DNA of 64,000 bases. Source: Mustelus asterias (lineage: Eukaryota). Shown here piece by piece: positions 48,701 to 61,539 of this stretch. The position numbers and the translations under genes are program-made. A model generated the notes under the pieces. The model was not told the DNA's origin. It saw only the letters and a list, made by a program, of their open reading frames with translations, and searched no databases. Position 1 is the first letter of the stretch. Each line of letters opens with the position of its first letter. Location: the NCBI RefSeq assembly GCF_964213995.1, contig NW_027590192.1, forward strand, positions 682,001 to 746,000. Direction: 5' to 3'.

Positions 48701-51700
48701 CTGTTAATTATATCAATAGAGGTTAAGTTTATTCAGAGGGCACTGATTAGATAGTTATAATGAGCAGGTACAAAGTGGGACTCACTAATATAGCTTGGAG
48801 TCAGAGTTGAACCTGTAATGTTTGATTCTGTGAACAAACCTAGACCAAATAAAGATTGACTCCGCCCCAAGGCTGTCAGGATTATAACATGGTAACAGAA
48901 AATGCTTGTCTAATGGTGAAGGTTGGAAACTAAAAGAAAGTATATTTCAGACAGAAGTTTACAATCCCAGCAGCTTTTGTGAGAAATGACTGAAAGGCAG
49001 TGGGAATTGTCAGGGTCTGATTACCTGCCGATGTTCTCGGAGTCTGAACCTTACAACCAGTGGAAGAATGAAGATGTGGACACGGGTTACATCCCGATCA
49101 AGGAGGAAACAAGATCTGGCCTTGGCATTGTCACTTCCTAACACAAGGAAAATCAGCAACAAGGCATTTTCTGATCAGCCAAACTGCAAGTTGATAACTG
49201 CACTGGCACGGATGATTCATGTAAAGAATTCACTTCAGGTGGTTGGAGGGTAGAATCCCTGTCAATTGGTCTATGGGAGAAATCCCTAATTCCCCTCTGT
49301 GCCGGGCGATCGCCCTCCTGCTTTAAAGGGATACAATTAGTTCCATTTTCAGTCATCAATTATCTGATTGTTCCATGAAAAGAATTGCTCGAAGCAACAA
49401 ATTATTGGAGATACCAGAAGAGGGTTTCTTCATGTGTAACGTTTGTGTTGAAGAAGAAAAACCATCTTTTTCTTCGATTTGTTTTGAAACACTGTTTGTG
49501 TGAATTTTTGCGATCCCGGTCAGGACTGTTAACGTTTGCAGAGAAATTCGAACACCCAGTGATTAACTGAAAGAATTACATCACAAGATTCCACATTTTT
49601 AAACAAAAACAAACTTTACTGTATGTTTAAATAAAATTTAAAAAGACAACACTACAAATTGAATACTACACTCAATGAAGATTTATGATATAAACCTAGT
49701 TCTATTTTTTTACCTCACCCCAAGAGTTTCTTTATACTTAATGATATCTTGAAGTTTCATTCACTTCTGTTCCTAGGACCATCCCAAAGGTATGCTAAAG
49801 CTCTCCACAATTCACTTTAATTCTCCCCAGTACTCCAGATATTCTCCAAGCTCCAAGAGTTTATGGGAGTCCATCCATTATCTTTTCACTAAACAAGCCT
49901 CCAATTTTCCTTTAAGCTCTCAAACTGTGGACTCCTCAGTCCAAACATGGGCTTCACTGCATTCTTGCTGAGGGATTTAAATGTTGGAAACACCCCTGGT
50001 TTCTAATGGTCCTCTAGGCTTCTAGTCCCACAGATGGTTCACAGCTCCTGATCCCACAATTGGTGGCTTCCAAGCTAACTGCAGACTGTCCGCTGGAACC
50101 AGGTCATTGATTGGAAAGGACTCAAAAGGTTACGGGGAAAAGGCAGGAGAATGGGATTGAGATTTATCAGCCATGATTGAATGGCACAGCAGATTCGATG
50201 GGCCGAATAGCCTAATTCTGCTCCTATATCTTATGGTCTAATTCTAACCAAGGCTCCACCCTGAATCACATATCCCCATGGTAACAGAGACGATTGAATA
50301 TCTAACAGATGTTCAGCTTCAAAATTGGACCTTTTTTCCTGAGGTCTGCATGAAGAATTCACCGAACAAAAACAGTACAATAATTGTCAGACCCAATGTC
50401 TCCAGCTAAAAGATCCAGCTGACCTTTTACAGTTCTTACCTCTCGAGTTTTGACTTCTTAAACCAACATGGGCCATGCTTTGTGACTGCGAATTCCCTGA
50501 GGGTGTTTTCATCAGATTCTCAATCCAGGTTTTCCATTTTTTAAAAGCAATTCTTGCAACTAATTCTTATTTCTAAAACATAGGAATTATGAAATTAGAT
50601 TTTTGGAACAAAAACAGGAAGAAATGGAAATGTATCACCTTCATAATATCCCATTTAGAATATTACAATATACAACATGCTGTATATCTTAACAACAGCC
50701 ATGATCTTATTGAATGGTGGAGCAGGCTCGAAGGGCCAAATGGCCGACTCCTGTTCCTAAGTCCACTGTTTTCCGATGTTGATCTATCTTATAACCTGCA
50801 ATAGACATAATAATCCCTCCATTGTCCACTTCACAGTCACAAGTCCAGCTTGGTAACAGCACACTGCTGGGTTCCATGTCCAGGAATCTCAGTCCACTGA
50901 AGATGGAAATTACTGCTTGCAGTGTTTTCTGAAACTTTTCTTCTTCCAATAATTATAATCCAAAGGTCCTCCTGCAAAAGAGAGTCTTCATTGCTGTTCA
51001 TTTGTGAATTTTCAAGTTCTATTTTGAAAACAGTCTGTACAGAGTTCACATTTTGAAATTTATTTTCTTTCATGTTTGTAGTTTCTCCATTGTTTAAATC
51101 CAGAGACAATATTCCAGTCAATTCCACATTGAAACTGTCTTCTTCTTGCTCTGTTGTAGCTGATTCCTTTATTGTCCAGGAAAATATATTCACAATATCT
51201 TTAAAACAGAAATTAAACATTCCCATTTGATTTCAGACAGGAACATATTCTGTTCGTTTGTTCTTTATTGTCAATGTCTGGCTGGGTTGTTCTCCTTGGA
51301 GCAAAGGAGGTTGAGGGGAGATTTGATAGAGGTGGACAAGATTCTGACAGGTTTAGATAAGGTGGACAAAGAAAAGCTGTTCCCATTAGCTGATGGGACA
51401 AGGATGAGGGGGACACAGATTTCTTGTTTTGGGTCAGAGATGCAAGGGGAGGGGAGATGTGAGGAAGAATATTCTGATGCAGCGAATGGTAATGACCTGA
51501 AACTCGCTGCCTACGAGGGTGGAGGAAGTGGAGACAATAAACAATTACAAAGGAAATTGGATGGGCATTTGGGATGTTCCAAACAGAACAAAGAGCAAAG
51601 AAAATTTTGTTTTCTTTAAACAAAAAAAACAAAACAAAAAAGAACAAAGAAAATCCATCAAGACATCATTTGACTGAGTGTGGCAGAAAGGGACCTACAC

Positions 51701-52309
51701 AGGGTTGGAATCGGTGGGATTCGGGGGGGAACTCTCCGCCGGTTGGGGATATACCAGGTACAGGCGAGGATGGCTGTGGTTGTTGGAGGTCAGTCATCAC
51801 TGCAAGGGTCATTGCAGGGTTCATCTAAAACTCTGCTGGCCATGTTTAAACTCACATTAAGTGTTATTCCACTATCACCCTCGTGCACAATGATCCACCC
51901 AGTAAAGCAACAACTTAATATTAAAATTCTCATCCTTGGTTTCAAATCACTCCATGACCTTGCCTGTCCCAATATCTATAATCTCCTATCAGCCCCACAA
52001 CCCTCAATATATTACACTGCTCTAATTCTGGTCTTTAGTTTGTCCCTGCCCTTGCTTCACCATTGCAAGCTCTACCTTCAGTTGCTTAGGCTCCAACCTC
52101 TGGAATACCATCCCTACACGTCTCCAACTCTCCACCTCGCTTTACTCCTTTAACACACCCCTTAAAATCTACCACTTTGACCAAACCTTTGGTCATCTAA
52201 CCTAGTATCTTCTTTGTGGCTCAATGTCATACTTTATTTTACAATGCTCCTTGGATGTTTTATTACTTAAAGGCGCTATATAAATATATTTTGTTGTTAC
52301 TCATGTCTC

Positions 52310-53225
52310 CTGGGTCTAATCATTTTCAGCGGCTTCATTAATTACCGTCTCCCCACCGTAGGGTCGGAAACGGGGATGTTCACTGATGATTGCAGTGTAT
52401 ATTACCATTCACAACTCTGAATACTGAAGCTGCCCGCATGCAGCGCAGGACCAGGACAACATTCAGGTTGGAGCTGATTGTCAATTCATACTGACACCAC
52501 ATAATTATCAGGAAATATCTATTTCCAGCAAGAAAATCTAACCATCTTCCCTTGATATTCAATGGCATTACCATCAGTGAATGTCCCACCAGCAATAACT
52601 TTGGGGTTACCATTGACCAGTCATTTAAATACTGTGGTTACAGGAGCAGATCAGAGGTTGGGAGTTTTGTGGCAGGTTACTCACTTAATGACTCCCCAAA
52701 GGCTTGCCATGATTCACAAGGTATAAATCAGGAGTAAGGTGGAATATTCCCTACCTGGATGAGTGTATCTGCAACAATTTTGTAGATCCTATCCAGGACA
52801 AAGTAGCTCGCCTGATCAGCATCTCAAATACCACCTTAAACATCCACCATTAGCCCATAATGGTGGCAGTGTATCCCACAGATTAGATGCACTGCAAGAA
52901 ATCACCAAGGCTGTTTTCACAGCATGTTCCAAACCCTAACTTCTACCACTTGAAAAACAAGTGCAGCCAGCGTTTGGGAATGCCACCATCTGCAAATTGC
53001 ACTCCACATCACACACCATTCTGACTTGAAAATCAATCACCATTCCTTCTCTGTCACTGCATCAAATTCCTGGAACTCCCTAACAGCGTTGTGGGTATAC
53101 CTACACCAGATGGATTGCAGCGATTCAAGAAAGTGGCTCACTTTCTTCACAAGGGCAATCAGTGATGCGCAATGAATGTTGGCCTTGCCAGCCACATTCA
53201 CATCCCCTGAAAGAATAAAAGAAAA
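52310..53225 (+). mobile_element. L2/CR1-type LINE 3' fragment
   Basis: Decayed RT end (gatgttcactgatgattgc), LGVTIDQ-like block, tail gggcaatc..gccagcc..catccc..gaataaa. Confidence 0.7.
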
Positions 53226-53239
53226 TCCTCATCCCTGGT

Positions 53240-53840
53240 ATCATTCTCAGTCATGAGGACTGCAATTATCAATGAACAGCTCCGCTTTTGACTCTATGAT
53301 GGGGGGAGGGTCATTGGTGGAGCAACTGAGGGTGGATGGGCCTCAGACACTACCCTAGGGCTGAGGTGATTGGCCTCCAACAACCGCGATCATCCTCCTC
53401 TGTGCGGGATGTGGCTCTCGCCGGTGGAGAGTTTCCCCCCGATTCCCATTGACTTCAATGTTAATCGGGTTGCTTGATGCCACGCACAGTCAAATGCTGC
53501 CTTGATGTCAATGGCAATCACTCCAACATCACCCAGTTCAACTCTTTTGTCCATGTTTGGACAAAGGCTGTAAATGAGGCAGGAGGTGAGTGGTCCTCGG
53601 TGGAACCCAAAATGAGCATCAGTGAGCAGGTTATTGCTGTATAAATGCTGCTCGATCGCACCGTTGGCAACAACATCTTCCATCATTTTGCTGATGATCG
53701 AGACGAGAGACATTGGATGGCAGTTGGCCAGTTTGCATTTTTCCTTATCCATTGCCTTCAGCTGCTTATTGATATCCCTTGAAGTGAATCGAATTGGCTG
53801 AAGATGGGCATCTGTGATACTGGGGACCTCAGGATGGATA
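53240..53840 (-). mobile_element. LINE RT fragment
   Basis: ORF HPMSLVSIISKMME..NLLTDAHFGFHRG..IAIDIKAAFD..WHQ. Confidence 0.8.
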
Positions 53841-54269
53841 ATCCATATGGAGAGATTAGAGAAGCTGGAACTGCACTCTATAGAGCAGGAAAGATTAAGG
53901 AAAGATTGAACAGTGATATTCAAACTTTTGCGAGGTTTTGATAAAATGCATGTCTGTTTCCATTGGTTTCGAACCAAAAGACATCGGGTGGAATTTCATG
54001 AAAAAAATTCGAAGTGCTGAATGAGTGAGAAAAGTTTCAAACTCGTTTCTTGGGCAAATTTAAAAAATCAATCTTGTGGCACTTAGTCAAAAACAGTCAC
54101 AATATAATCCTCACTGCAGGAGGAAGGGGAGGAACCTAAACTTGCTGGGGAAGCCAGCTGCTGATCTGGAGGGGTGTCATTGTGCATGCGCTCCATCCTC
54201 CCAGTTTCCAGCTTCAGTGGACATCCCCCCCTCCCCACAGAAATCGCCCCGCCAATCTCCTCATCTGTA

Positions 54270-54640
54270 GCGTTTCCCCCAAATCACCAACCCCTCCCCC
54301 CAATCAGCATCCCTGCAGAGTTCCCCCTCTCGCCCCCTCCCCGATCGCCACCCCTGCAGAGTTTCCCCAATCACCAGCTCCCTCCCCCATCAGGACTCCT
54401 GCAGAGCTCCCCCCCCTAACCCTCTCCTCAATCACCACCCCTGCAGAGTTTCCCCGATCACCAGCTCCCTCCCCCATCAGGACTCCTGCAGAGCTCCCCC
54501 CCCTAACCCTCTCCTCAATCACCACCCCTGCAGAGTTTCTCCGACAACCAGCTCCCTCCCCCATCAGGACTCCTGCAGAGCTCCCCCCACTAACCCCCTC
54601 CTCAATCACCACCCCTGCAGAATTTCCCAATCACCACTCC
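54270..54640. repeat. C-rich minisatellite, ~87-bp period
   Basis: caggactcctgcagagctcc recurs at 54391, 54478 and 54565. Confidence 0.85.
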
Positions 54641-55159
54641 CTCCCCCGAGTCAGCTTCACCGTCCCATGGAGTGACCCAGGGGTCCATTGGCGCCTCGAG
54701 GGAGGAGGGGGGCCTGGGGACGGTGCTGGGGCCTTCCACCCGGGGGATTCCAGTCGATGGGATGCAGCGATTTCCGACTCCCCCTTTCCTGACACCGGAG
54801 CATCTCAAGAGCAGCAGGGTGAACAGCAAGGCAAGGATACATCCATATCACCAGGAAGACGGCTGGACCCCTCTCGGTCCCAGCTCTCCAGCAGACGCCT
54901 GCCAGGGGCATCACAGGCAAATGGGTGCGGAGTGCAGCTGGCTGCCTCCAGTTCTGATGTGCGTCCTGGGGGGACGTGTTGATGTGGCGCTGGACCACAG
55001 GAGATGGAGATGTTGTGGGGTCGCCAGGAGGGCACGGGTGAAAGTCTATATGAGAAAGGTTTAGGGAATTGGGCTCTGTTGACGATTACATCCACCTGTT
55101 TTATAGCCCTGTTAACTATCGGCCCTTCGTGTTATTGCATTGTTAGTTTCACCAATAAA

Positions 55160-55332
55160 TGTCCAAAGATGTGCAGGTTAGGTTGATTGGCCATACTAAA
55201 TTGATCCGAGTGTCAGGGGGATTAGCAGGGTAAATGTGTGAGGTTACGGGAGTAGGGCCTGGGTGGGATTGTGGTCGGAACAGGCTCGATGGGCTGAATG
55301 GCCTCCTTTTGTACTGCAGGGATTCTATTCTA
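55160..55332 (+). mobile_element. 5'-truncated HE1-type SINE
   Basis: gtccaaagatgtgcaggttagg...ggcctcc...gattcta. Confidence 0.8.
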
Positions 55333-55337
55333 TTCTC

Positions 55338-56390
55338 TATAAAATTACAGCACAGAAACAAGCCCTTTGGCCCTCCAAGCCTGTAGCAACCATGCTGCCC
55401 GTCTGAACTAAAACCCCCTACCTTTCCGGGGACCATATCCCTCTGTTCCTATGCTATTCATATATTTGTCAAGACACATCTTAAAAGTCACTATCGTATC
55501 TGCTTCCCCAACCTTCCCCGGCAACGAGTTCCAGGCACCCACCAACCTCTGTGTAAAGAACCTGCCTCGTACATCTCCTTTAAACTTTGCCCCTCACACC
55601 TTAAACCTATGCCCCTAGTAATTGACTCTTCCACCCTGGGAAAAAGCTTCAGATTATCCACTCTGTCCGTACCCCTCATAATCTTGTAGACTTCTATCAG
55701 GTTGCCCTCCTCAACCTCCGTTGTTCCAGTGAGAACAAACCAAGTTTCTCCAACTCCTCCTCATAGCTAATGCCCTCCACACCAGGCAACATCCTGATAA
55801 ATATTTTCCACACCCTCTCCAAAGCCTCCACATCCTTCTGGTAGTGTGGTGACCAGAATTGAACACTAGATTCCAAGTGCGGTTTAACTAAGGTTCTATA
55901 AAGCTGCAACATGACTTGCCAATTTTTAAACTCAATGCCCCGGCCGATGAAGGCAAGCATGTCGTATGCCTTCTTGACTATCTTCCCCACCTGCATTGCC
56001 ACTTTCAATGACCTGTGTACCTGTACACCCAGATCCCTCTGCCTATCAATACTCTTAAGGGTTCTGCCATTTACTGTACATATCCCATCTGTATTAGACC
56101 TTCCAAAATGCATTACCTCACATTTGTCCAGATTAAACTTCATCTGCCATCTCTTCGCCCAAGTCTCCAACTGATCTATGTCCTGCTGTATCCTCTGCCG
56201 GTCCCCATCGTTATCCGCAATTCCACTAACCTTTGTGTCGTCCACAAACTTACCAATAAAACCAGTTACATTTTCCTCCAAATCATTTACATATATTACA
56301 AACAGCAAAAGTCACAGCACTGATCCCTGAGGAACGTCACTTGTCAGAGCCCTCCATTCAGAAAGGTACCTTTGCACTGCCAACCTCTGT
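55338..56390 (-). mobile_element. CR1 LINE 3' fragment
   Basis: ORF 55697-56308 LFVIYVNDL..KFVDDTK..WQMKFN..QFWSPHY. Confidence 0.92.
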
Positions 56391-56635
56391 TTTCTTCTGA
56401 CTAAATATCTCAAAACCTCCTAACACCCTGTCACTCTGTGATCCTTGTGACATTTGAAACCAGGTATTCACAAAAAGACTCAAAGAACATCAGCCCACTG
56501 GAGGCAGAGACCAGCCAGTCCAGCACAAAGAAACCCTCTGCCCCTTCCCATTGACCAACTGTGAGAATGAACAAAATGCAGTCCTGGATGTAATTGAGAG
56601 CAGAAACAATAACAGCAGAATCCAACCCCTGGGAA

Positions 56636-57814
56636 TCACTCGTGAACTTGTTGATGTCTCAGCAGCTGGGATGAAACTGTGAATCCCTTCCCACACTGAG
56701 AGCAGGTGAAGGGCCTCTCCCCAGTGTGAACTCGCTGGTGTGTCCGCAGGCTGGATAACTGAGTGAATCCCTTCCCACACTGAGAGCAGGTGAACGGCCT
56801 CTCCCCAGTGTGAACTCGCTGGTGTGTCCGCAGGCTGGATGACTGAGTGAATCCCTTCCCACACTGAGAGCAGGTGAATGGCCTCTCCCCAGTGTGAACT
56901 CGCTGGTGCTTCTGCAGGTGGGATGACTGCGTGAATCCCTCCCCACACTGAGAGCAGGTGAATGGCCTCTCCCCAATGTGAACTCGCTGGTGTGTCCGCA
57001 GGCTGGATAACTGAGTGAATCCCTTCCCACACTGAGAGCAGGTGAACGGTCTCTCCCCAGTGTGAACTCGCTGGTGTGTCCGCAGGCTGGATGACTGAGT
57101 GAATCCCTTCCCACACTGAGAGCAGGTGAATGGCCTCTCCCCCGTATGAACTCGCTGGTGTTTCTGCAGGCTGGATAACTCAATGAATCCCTTCCCACAT
57201 TGAGAGCAGGTGAAGGGCCTCTCCCCAGTGTGAATTCGCTGGTGTGTCTGCAAGTGGGATGACTGCGTGAATCCCTTCCCACACTGCGAGCAGATTAATG
57301 GCCTCTTCCCAGTGTGAACTCGCTGGTGTGTCTGCAGGCTGGATAACTGAGTGAATCCCTTCCCACACTGAGAGCAGGTGAACGGCCTCTCCCCAGTGTG
57401 AACTTGCTGGTGTTTCTGCAGGCTGGATAACTCAATGAATCCCTTCCTACACTGAGAGCAGGTGAATGGCCTCTCCCCAGTGTGAACTCGCTGGTGTCTC
57501 TGAAGGTGGGATGACTGAGTGAATCCCTTCCAACACTGAGAGCAGGTGAATGGCCTCTCCCCAGTGTGAACTCGCTGGTGTGACTGCAAGCTGGATGACC
57601 GAGTGAATCCCTTCCCACACTGAGAGCAGGTGAACGGTCTCTCCCCAGTGTGAACTCGCTGGTGTGACTGCAGGCTGGATGACTGAGTGAATCCCTCACC
57701 ACACTGAGAGCAGGTGAATGGTCTCTCCCCAGTGTGGCTGCGCCGATGAGCTTCCAGCAGAGATGGGGCTCTGTACCTCTTCCCACAGTCCGCACATTTC
57801 CATGGTTTCTCCAT
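56636..57814 (-). CDS. C2H2 zinc-finger protein, 14 tandem fingers, no effector domain visible
   Basis: ATG at 57814 (MEKPWKC); 14 x 28-aa CX2C..HX3H units with TGERP linkers; open frame. Confidence 0.9.
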   Translation of the reverse strand: MEKPWKCADCGKRYRAPSLLEAHRRSHTGERPFTCSQCGEGFTQSSSLQSHQRVHTGERPFTCSQCGKGFTRSSSLQSHQRVHTGERPFTCSQCWKGFTQSSHLQRHQRVHTGERPFTCSQCRKGFIELSSLQKHQQVHTGERPFTCSQCGKGFTQLSSLQTHQRVHTGKRPLICSQCGKGFTQSSHLQTHQRIHTGERPFTCSQCGKGFIELSSLQKHQRVHTGERPFTCSQCGKGFTQSSSLRTHQRVHTGERPFTCSQCGKGFTQLSSLRTHQRVHIGERPFTCSQCGEGFTQSSHLQKHQRVHTGERPFTCSQCGKGFTQSSSLRTHQRVHTGERPFTCSQCGKGFTQLSSLRTHQRVHTGERPFTCSQCGKGFTVSSQLLRHQQVHE

Positions 57815-59479
57815 GGTGCAGGTGTTCTTGCCTCTCTCTTGGGTGGACAATCAGTTGAAGCCTCGTCCACACACAGAACACGGGTACCGTCTCGCCCCGC
57901 TGTGAATGGTGTGATAGTTATTCAGGCTGTGTAACTGGTCAAAGCTCTTTAGTCAGTGCACTGGAACACTCTCACTCGAGTGTGGCAGTGTGTTGGTGCT
58001 TTTCGAATCACACTGATGTTTGAAATCTTTTCAACTCAACAGACTGGACAATAATTTCTCCTTCTAGATTCAAAGGCCGATGATATTCAGCTCCCATGGA
58101 ATATGACTCTGTCAGATCGAGACGTGACGTTTGAGATTTTGGCCTGTGATTCCTCTTTCAATATCCTGTAAAACGAGTTCACAAAAGTCATCAGTGTCAG
58201 TACAGGATAGAAATTCAGAACAGACAATTCTAGTTTCTATAGAACCTTCTTTCCTCTCTCATTCCCCAAAAAGCTGTGAATCTCCATCCCACACACTCTC
58301 CCTCCATTCTCACTCTTCTGCATCTAATATTCACCCTCCCAATTCTCCTGAAGGTGCTGATTGAGGCTGATTGACAGATCCATGCTCACTGCTTCCTGTC
58401 CTGGACACAGAGACCATAACAAATAGGAGCTGCAGTCGGCCATTTGGCCCATCGAGCCTTTTAAACTATTCAATGAGATAATTTGTTCATCTACCTCAGC
58501 ATCATTCTCCCCACACTAAACCCATATCCCTTGATCTCTATAATATCCAGAAACCAATCAATCAAACTCTTGAAAATAGTTGATGACTGAGGTTTCACTG
58601 TCCTCAGGGGTTGAGAATTCCAATGCTTTACCACATCCTTGAGTGAAGAAATTCCCCCACATATTAGCTTTTGCTCCATCCTCTTGTCTGTTCCCCATAA
58701 CCCTTGACACCCTTGTCAGTCAAAAGTCTGTCTAACTGGAATATATTCAATGATCCTCATCCTCAACTGGTTCCTGTGGAAGAGAAATCCAAAAGACTAA
58801 CAACCCTCTGAGGGACGAGATGTCTGGAAATATATAACGTAGCTACAGTTCCATATTACAAGATATTCAGATCCCAAGGAATATGACTCTTTCTAGATGT
58901 GACGGTTGAGATTTCTGCCTGTGATTCCTCATTCAAAATCCTGTGAAATGAGTTTGCAAAAGTCATCACAGTCAGTATAGGATAGAAATTCAGAGCAGAC
59001 AATTCTCGTTTCTCTGGAACATTCTTTCCTATTTCATTCCCAAAAAGTTGTAAATCTCCATCCATATCTATGGATTCTAGTTAAAAATGAAAGTGGATGG
59101 GCACTTGAAGGAAATAAACTTTCAGGAGAATGGGGATAGAGAGTGGGAATGGGACTGGAATGTTATACAGAGAGTCAGCATGGACTCGAGTTACCGAATG
59201 GATTCCTTCTGTGCTGTAATGGGCTTTATGACTGGAAATGTATAACATCGCTACAGCATTATATTACAATGCAAGAAATAATAATAAAAGTATTTTATTA
59301 CAGAAACATAAATAATATATCTAATCTGGGTACCATATAACAACACTAGACATATTTCTGTCCTATATTAACGTAAATGTCAGCCATCTCCTGGGGAAAG
59401 CTGCCCTTTAATTGTGAACATTAGAAAAAAGACCATCCTTTTAGACAGACAAATAAATGTGTCAAGCTGAGGGATCAAA

Positions 59480-59960
59480 GGATATTTACTAGGCTGATTC
59501 AGGGAATGGCGGGACTGATGTATGAAGAGAGACTGACTAGGTTAGGATGGTTTTCGTTGGAGTTCAGATGAATGAGGGGGGATCTCATAGAGACTTATAA
59601 AATTCTAACAGGTCTCGACAGGATAGATGCAGGGAGGATGTTTCTGATGGTGGGGGAGTCCCGAACCGGGGGTCACAGTCTGAGGATTCAGGGTAGACCA
59701 TTTAGGACAGAGGTGAGGAGACATTGCTTCACCCAAAGAGTGGTGAGCCTCTGGAATTCATGACCACAGGAAGTAATTGATGCCAAAACATTGAATGTAT
59801 TCAAAAGCGGCTAGATATAGCACTTGGAGCGAATGGGATCAAAGGTTATGGGGAGAAAGCAGGATTAGACTATTGAGTTGCTTGATCATCTATGATCTTA
59901 ATGAATGGCAGAGCAGGCTCGAAGGGCCAAATGGCTTCCTCCTGCTCCTATCTTCTATGT
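59480..59960 (+). mobile_element. CR1 LINE 3' fragment
   Basis: MRGDLIETYKILTGLDR..FTQRVVSLWNS. Confidence 0.88.
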
Positions 59961-60099
59961 TTCTCTTAAATTTCTTTAAGAGAGAGAGAGAGACCTGGGC
60001 CAAACTTTCCTGAGTCTGCACTCTCCCTGGATTCACTTCCTTTCCCTTCAGTTGTTGCAATTCTCCAATTACCCCCAGAATGAGAAAAGAAAGTGTTTT

Positions 60100-60560
60100 A
60101 CTCACAGATGTTGGCCTCTTTTAGGTTGAAACAGGAGGAAGTTGGAGTCTGTCTGAAGCTCAATCTTCATTCACACAAAGCCCGCGCTCTGATTGGCTGG
60201 AGGACCAGGATCCTTCCGGTCCTCCACGTCTTCCCATTGGCCGGAGCTAGTGAGCGGCAGTGAATCAGAGGTGCGCATGTGCGGGTTTTGGGGGAATGCG
60301 CATGTGCGGGTGTGGGGCGGGGCCCGGGCCAAAGCCGGCGCACTGACCATTGTCTGTCCGGGTCTTCCAGCCTTTCCCATTGGACAACAGCTCAGCGCGG
60401 CTGGAGGACAAAGTCCAGCCCACCCCCAAGTGAGGCTCCGCCCTTCATTGTCTGTCTGCGGGGGATTGACCAATGGGAACTCTGGAGGACCGGAAGTACT
60501 CGGGTCCTCCATCCAATCAGAGCTTCCCCATTGTCTGAATGCGGAAGTGGACAATGAGCT
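60100..60560 (-). promoter_or_regulatory. CpG-rich promoter and probable first non-coding exon of the zinc-finger gene
   Basis: Several CCAAT boxes, two TGCGCATGTGCG (NRF1-like), GGGGCGGGG, two CGGAAGT (ETS); minus-strand donor gtgagt at 60105-60100. Confidence 0.65.
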
Positions 60561-60674
60561 TGTTCAGCTGCCCATTCCTGCCCAGCGAAGCTGCTGCTGC
60601 TTCTCTCTCTCTGAATGAAGATTGAGCTTCAGACGGCCTGAAACGTGCCTCCTCTGGGGCAGCGCCTGCACTTT

Positions 60675-60744
60675 GTTTCCGTGGTGAACTGGTTTCACGT
60701 TCGCCCGAGTAGCGGGGGGCCCCGGGTCGGAGCCGGGCGGAAAT
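60675..60744 (+). pseudogene. tRNA-Val-like sequence upstream of the Tx1 element
   Basis: GTTTCCGTGGTG..TGGTTTCACGTTCGCC...CCCGG-7-CCGGGCGGAAA keeps acceptor and T stems; anticodon loop degenerate. Confidence 0.75.
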
Positions 60745-60889
60745 TTTGGGTTTGTTTTCTTTTCTTTTTGTGAGTACCTTTGTTTTTTTTCGTTTTTGCT
60801 CACGGAGACGCCCGGTTTTTGTTTTTGTTTTGTTGGGTTTGTTTGTTTTTCGCTCCCTGCGGGGAGGAAGGAGGGAGGTGAGCTGCTGC

Positions 60890-61145
60890 CTGCCTTGCCC
60901 GGCCTGCCTGTTGCCTGCCTGCCTGCCGTCTGGCCTGCTTACCTGCCTGCCTGCCGTCTGGCCTGCTTACCTGCCTGCCTGCCGTCTGGCCTGCTTACCT
61001 GCCTGCCTGCCGTCTGGCCTGCTTACCTGCCTGCCTGCCGTCTGGCCTGCTTACCTGCCTGCCTGCCGTCTGGCCTGCTTACCTACCTGCCTGCCTGCCG
61101 TCTGGGCTGCCTGCCGTCTGGACTGCCTGACTGCCTGCTTGCCTG
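60890..61145. repeat. 28-bp tandem repeat GCCTGCCTGCCGTCTGGCCTGCTTACCT in the Tx1 5' UTR
   Basis: Directly visible, about 6-8 copies. Confidence 0.9.
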
Positions 61146-61539
61146 CCATCCGGCCTCTGGAGGGTGCGCTCTCCCGGGGGGGGGGGGGGGGGGAGGAAGA
61201 GAGGACAGGGAGTGACTGGAGGAGAGGGGGGGGGCGAAGGCGTTTGGACTGTCTCTTTTCCATCTGCAGTGGGGGGGGGTGAAGACCTTTCCTATTTCCC
61301 CTACCCACTACTGCTGCCCCCGGGACCGGCACCCCCTCCCCTTTTCCCTCCTGACTGGGGCACCGGCCTTGTGCCTCATCTCCCTCCTGCTCCTCCAACC
61401 TCCTCTCTCCCTCTCTCGCTCCGAGGAGAGAGCACCTACACCCTTCCCCGCCTACCCCACCCTGCCTTATCTTCCCCATCCCACATACGCCCTGCCGTGC
61501 ATCTGGGCAGTCTCGGGGTGTAGCACTTCCCCTGATACA

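Noticed and set aside
49000-51230. Possible LTR-retroelement remnant with an acidic ORF (50837-51226); similar vague ORF at 39981-40517
   Set aside because: No diagnostic gag/pol motif or paired LTRs that I can verify by eye
54182-54982. 266-aa proline-rich ORF
   Set aside because: Translation of a C-rich 87-bp minisatellite; no recognisable domain or splice structure
56490-57870. Long alternative-frame ORFs over the ZNF gene
   Set aside because: Shadow frames of the 84-bp finger repeat
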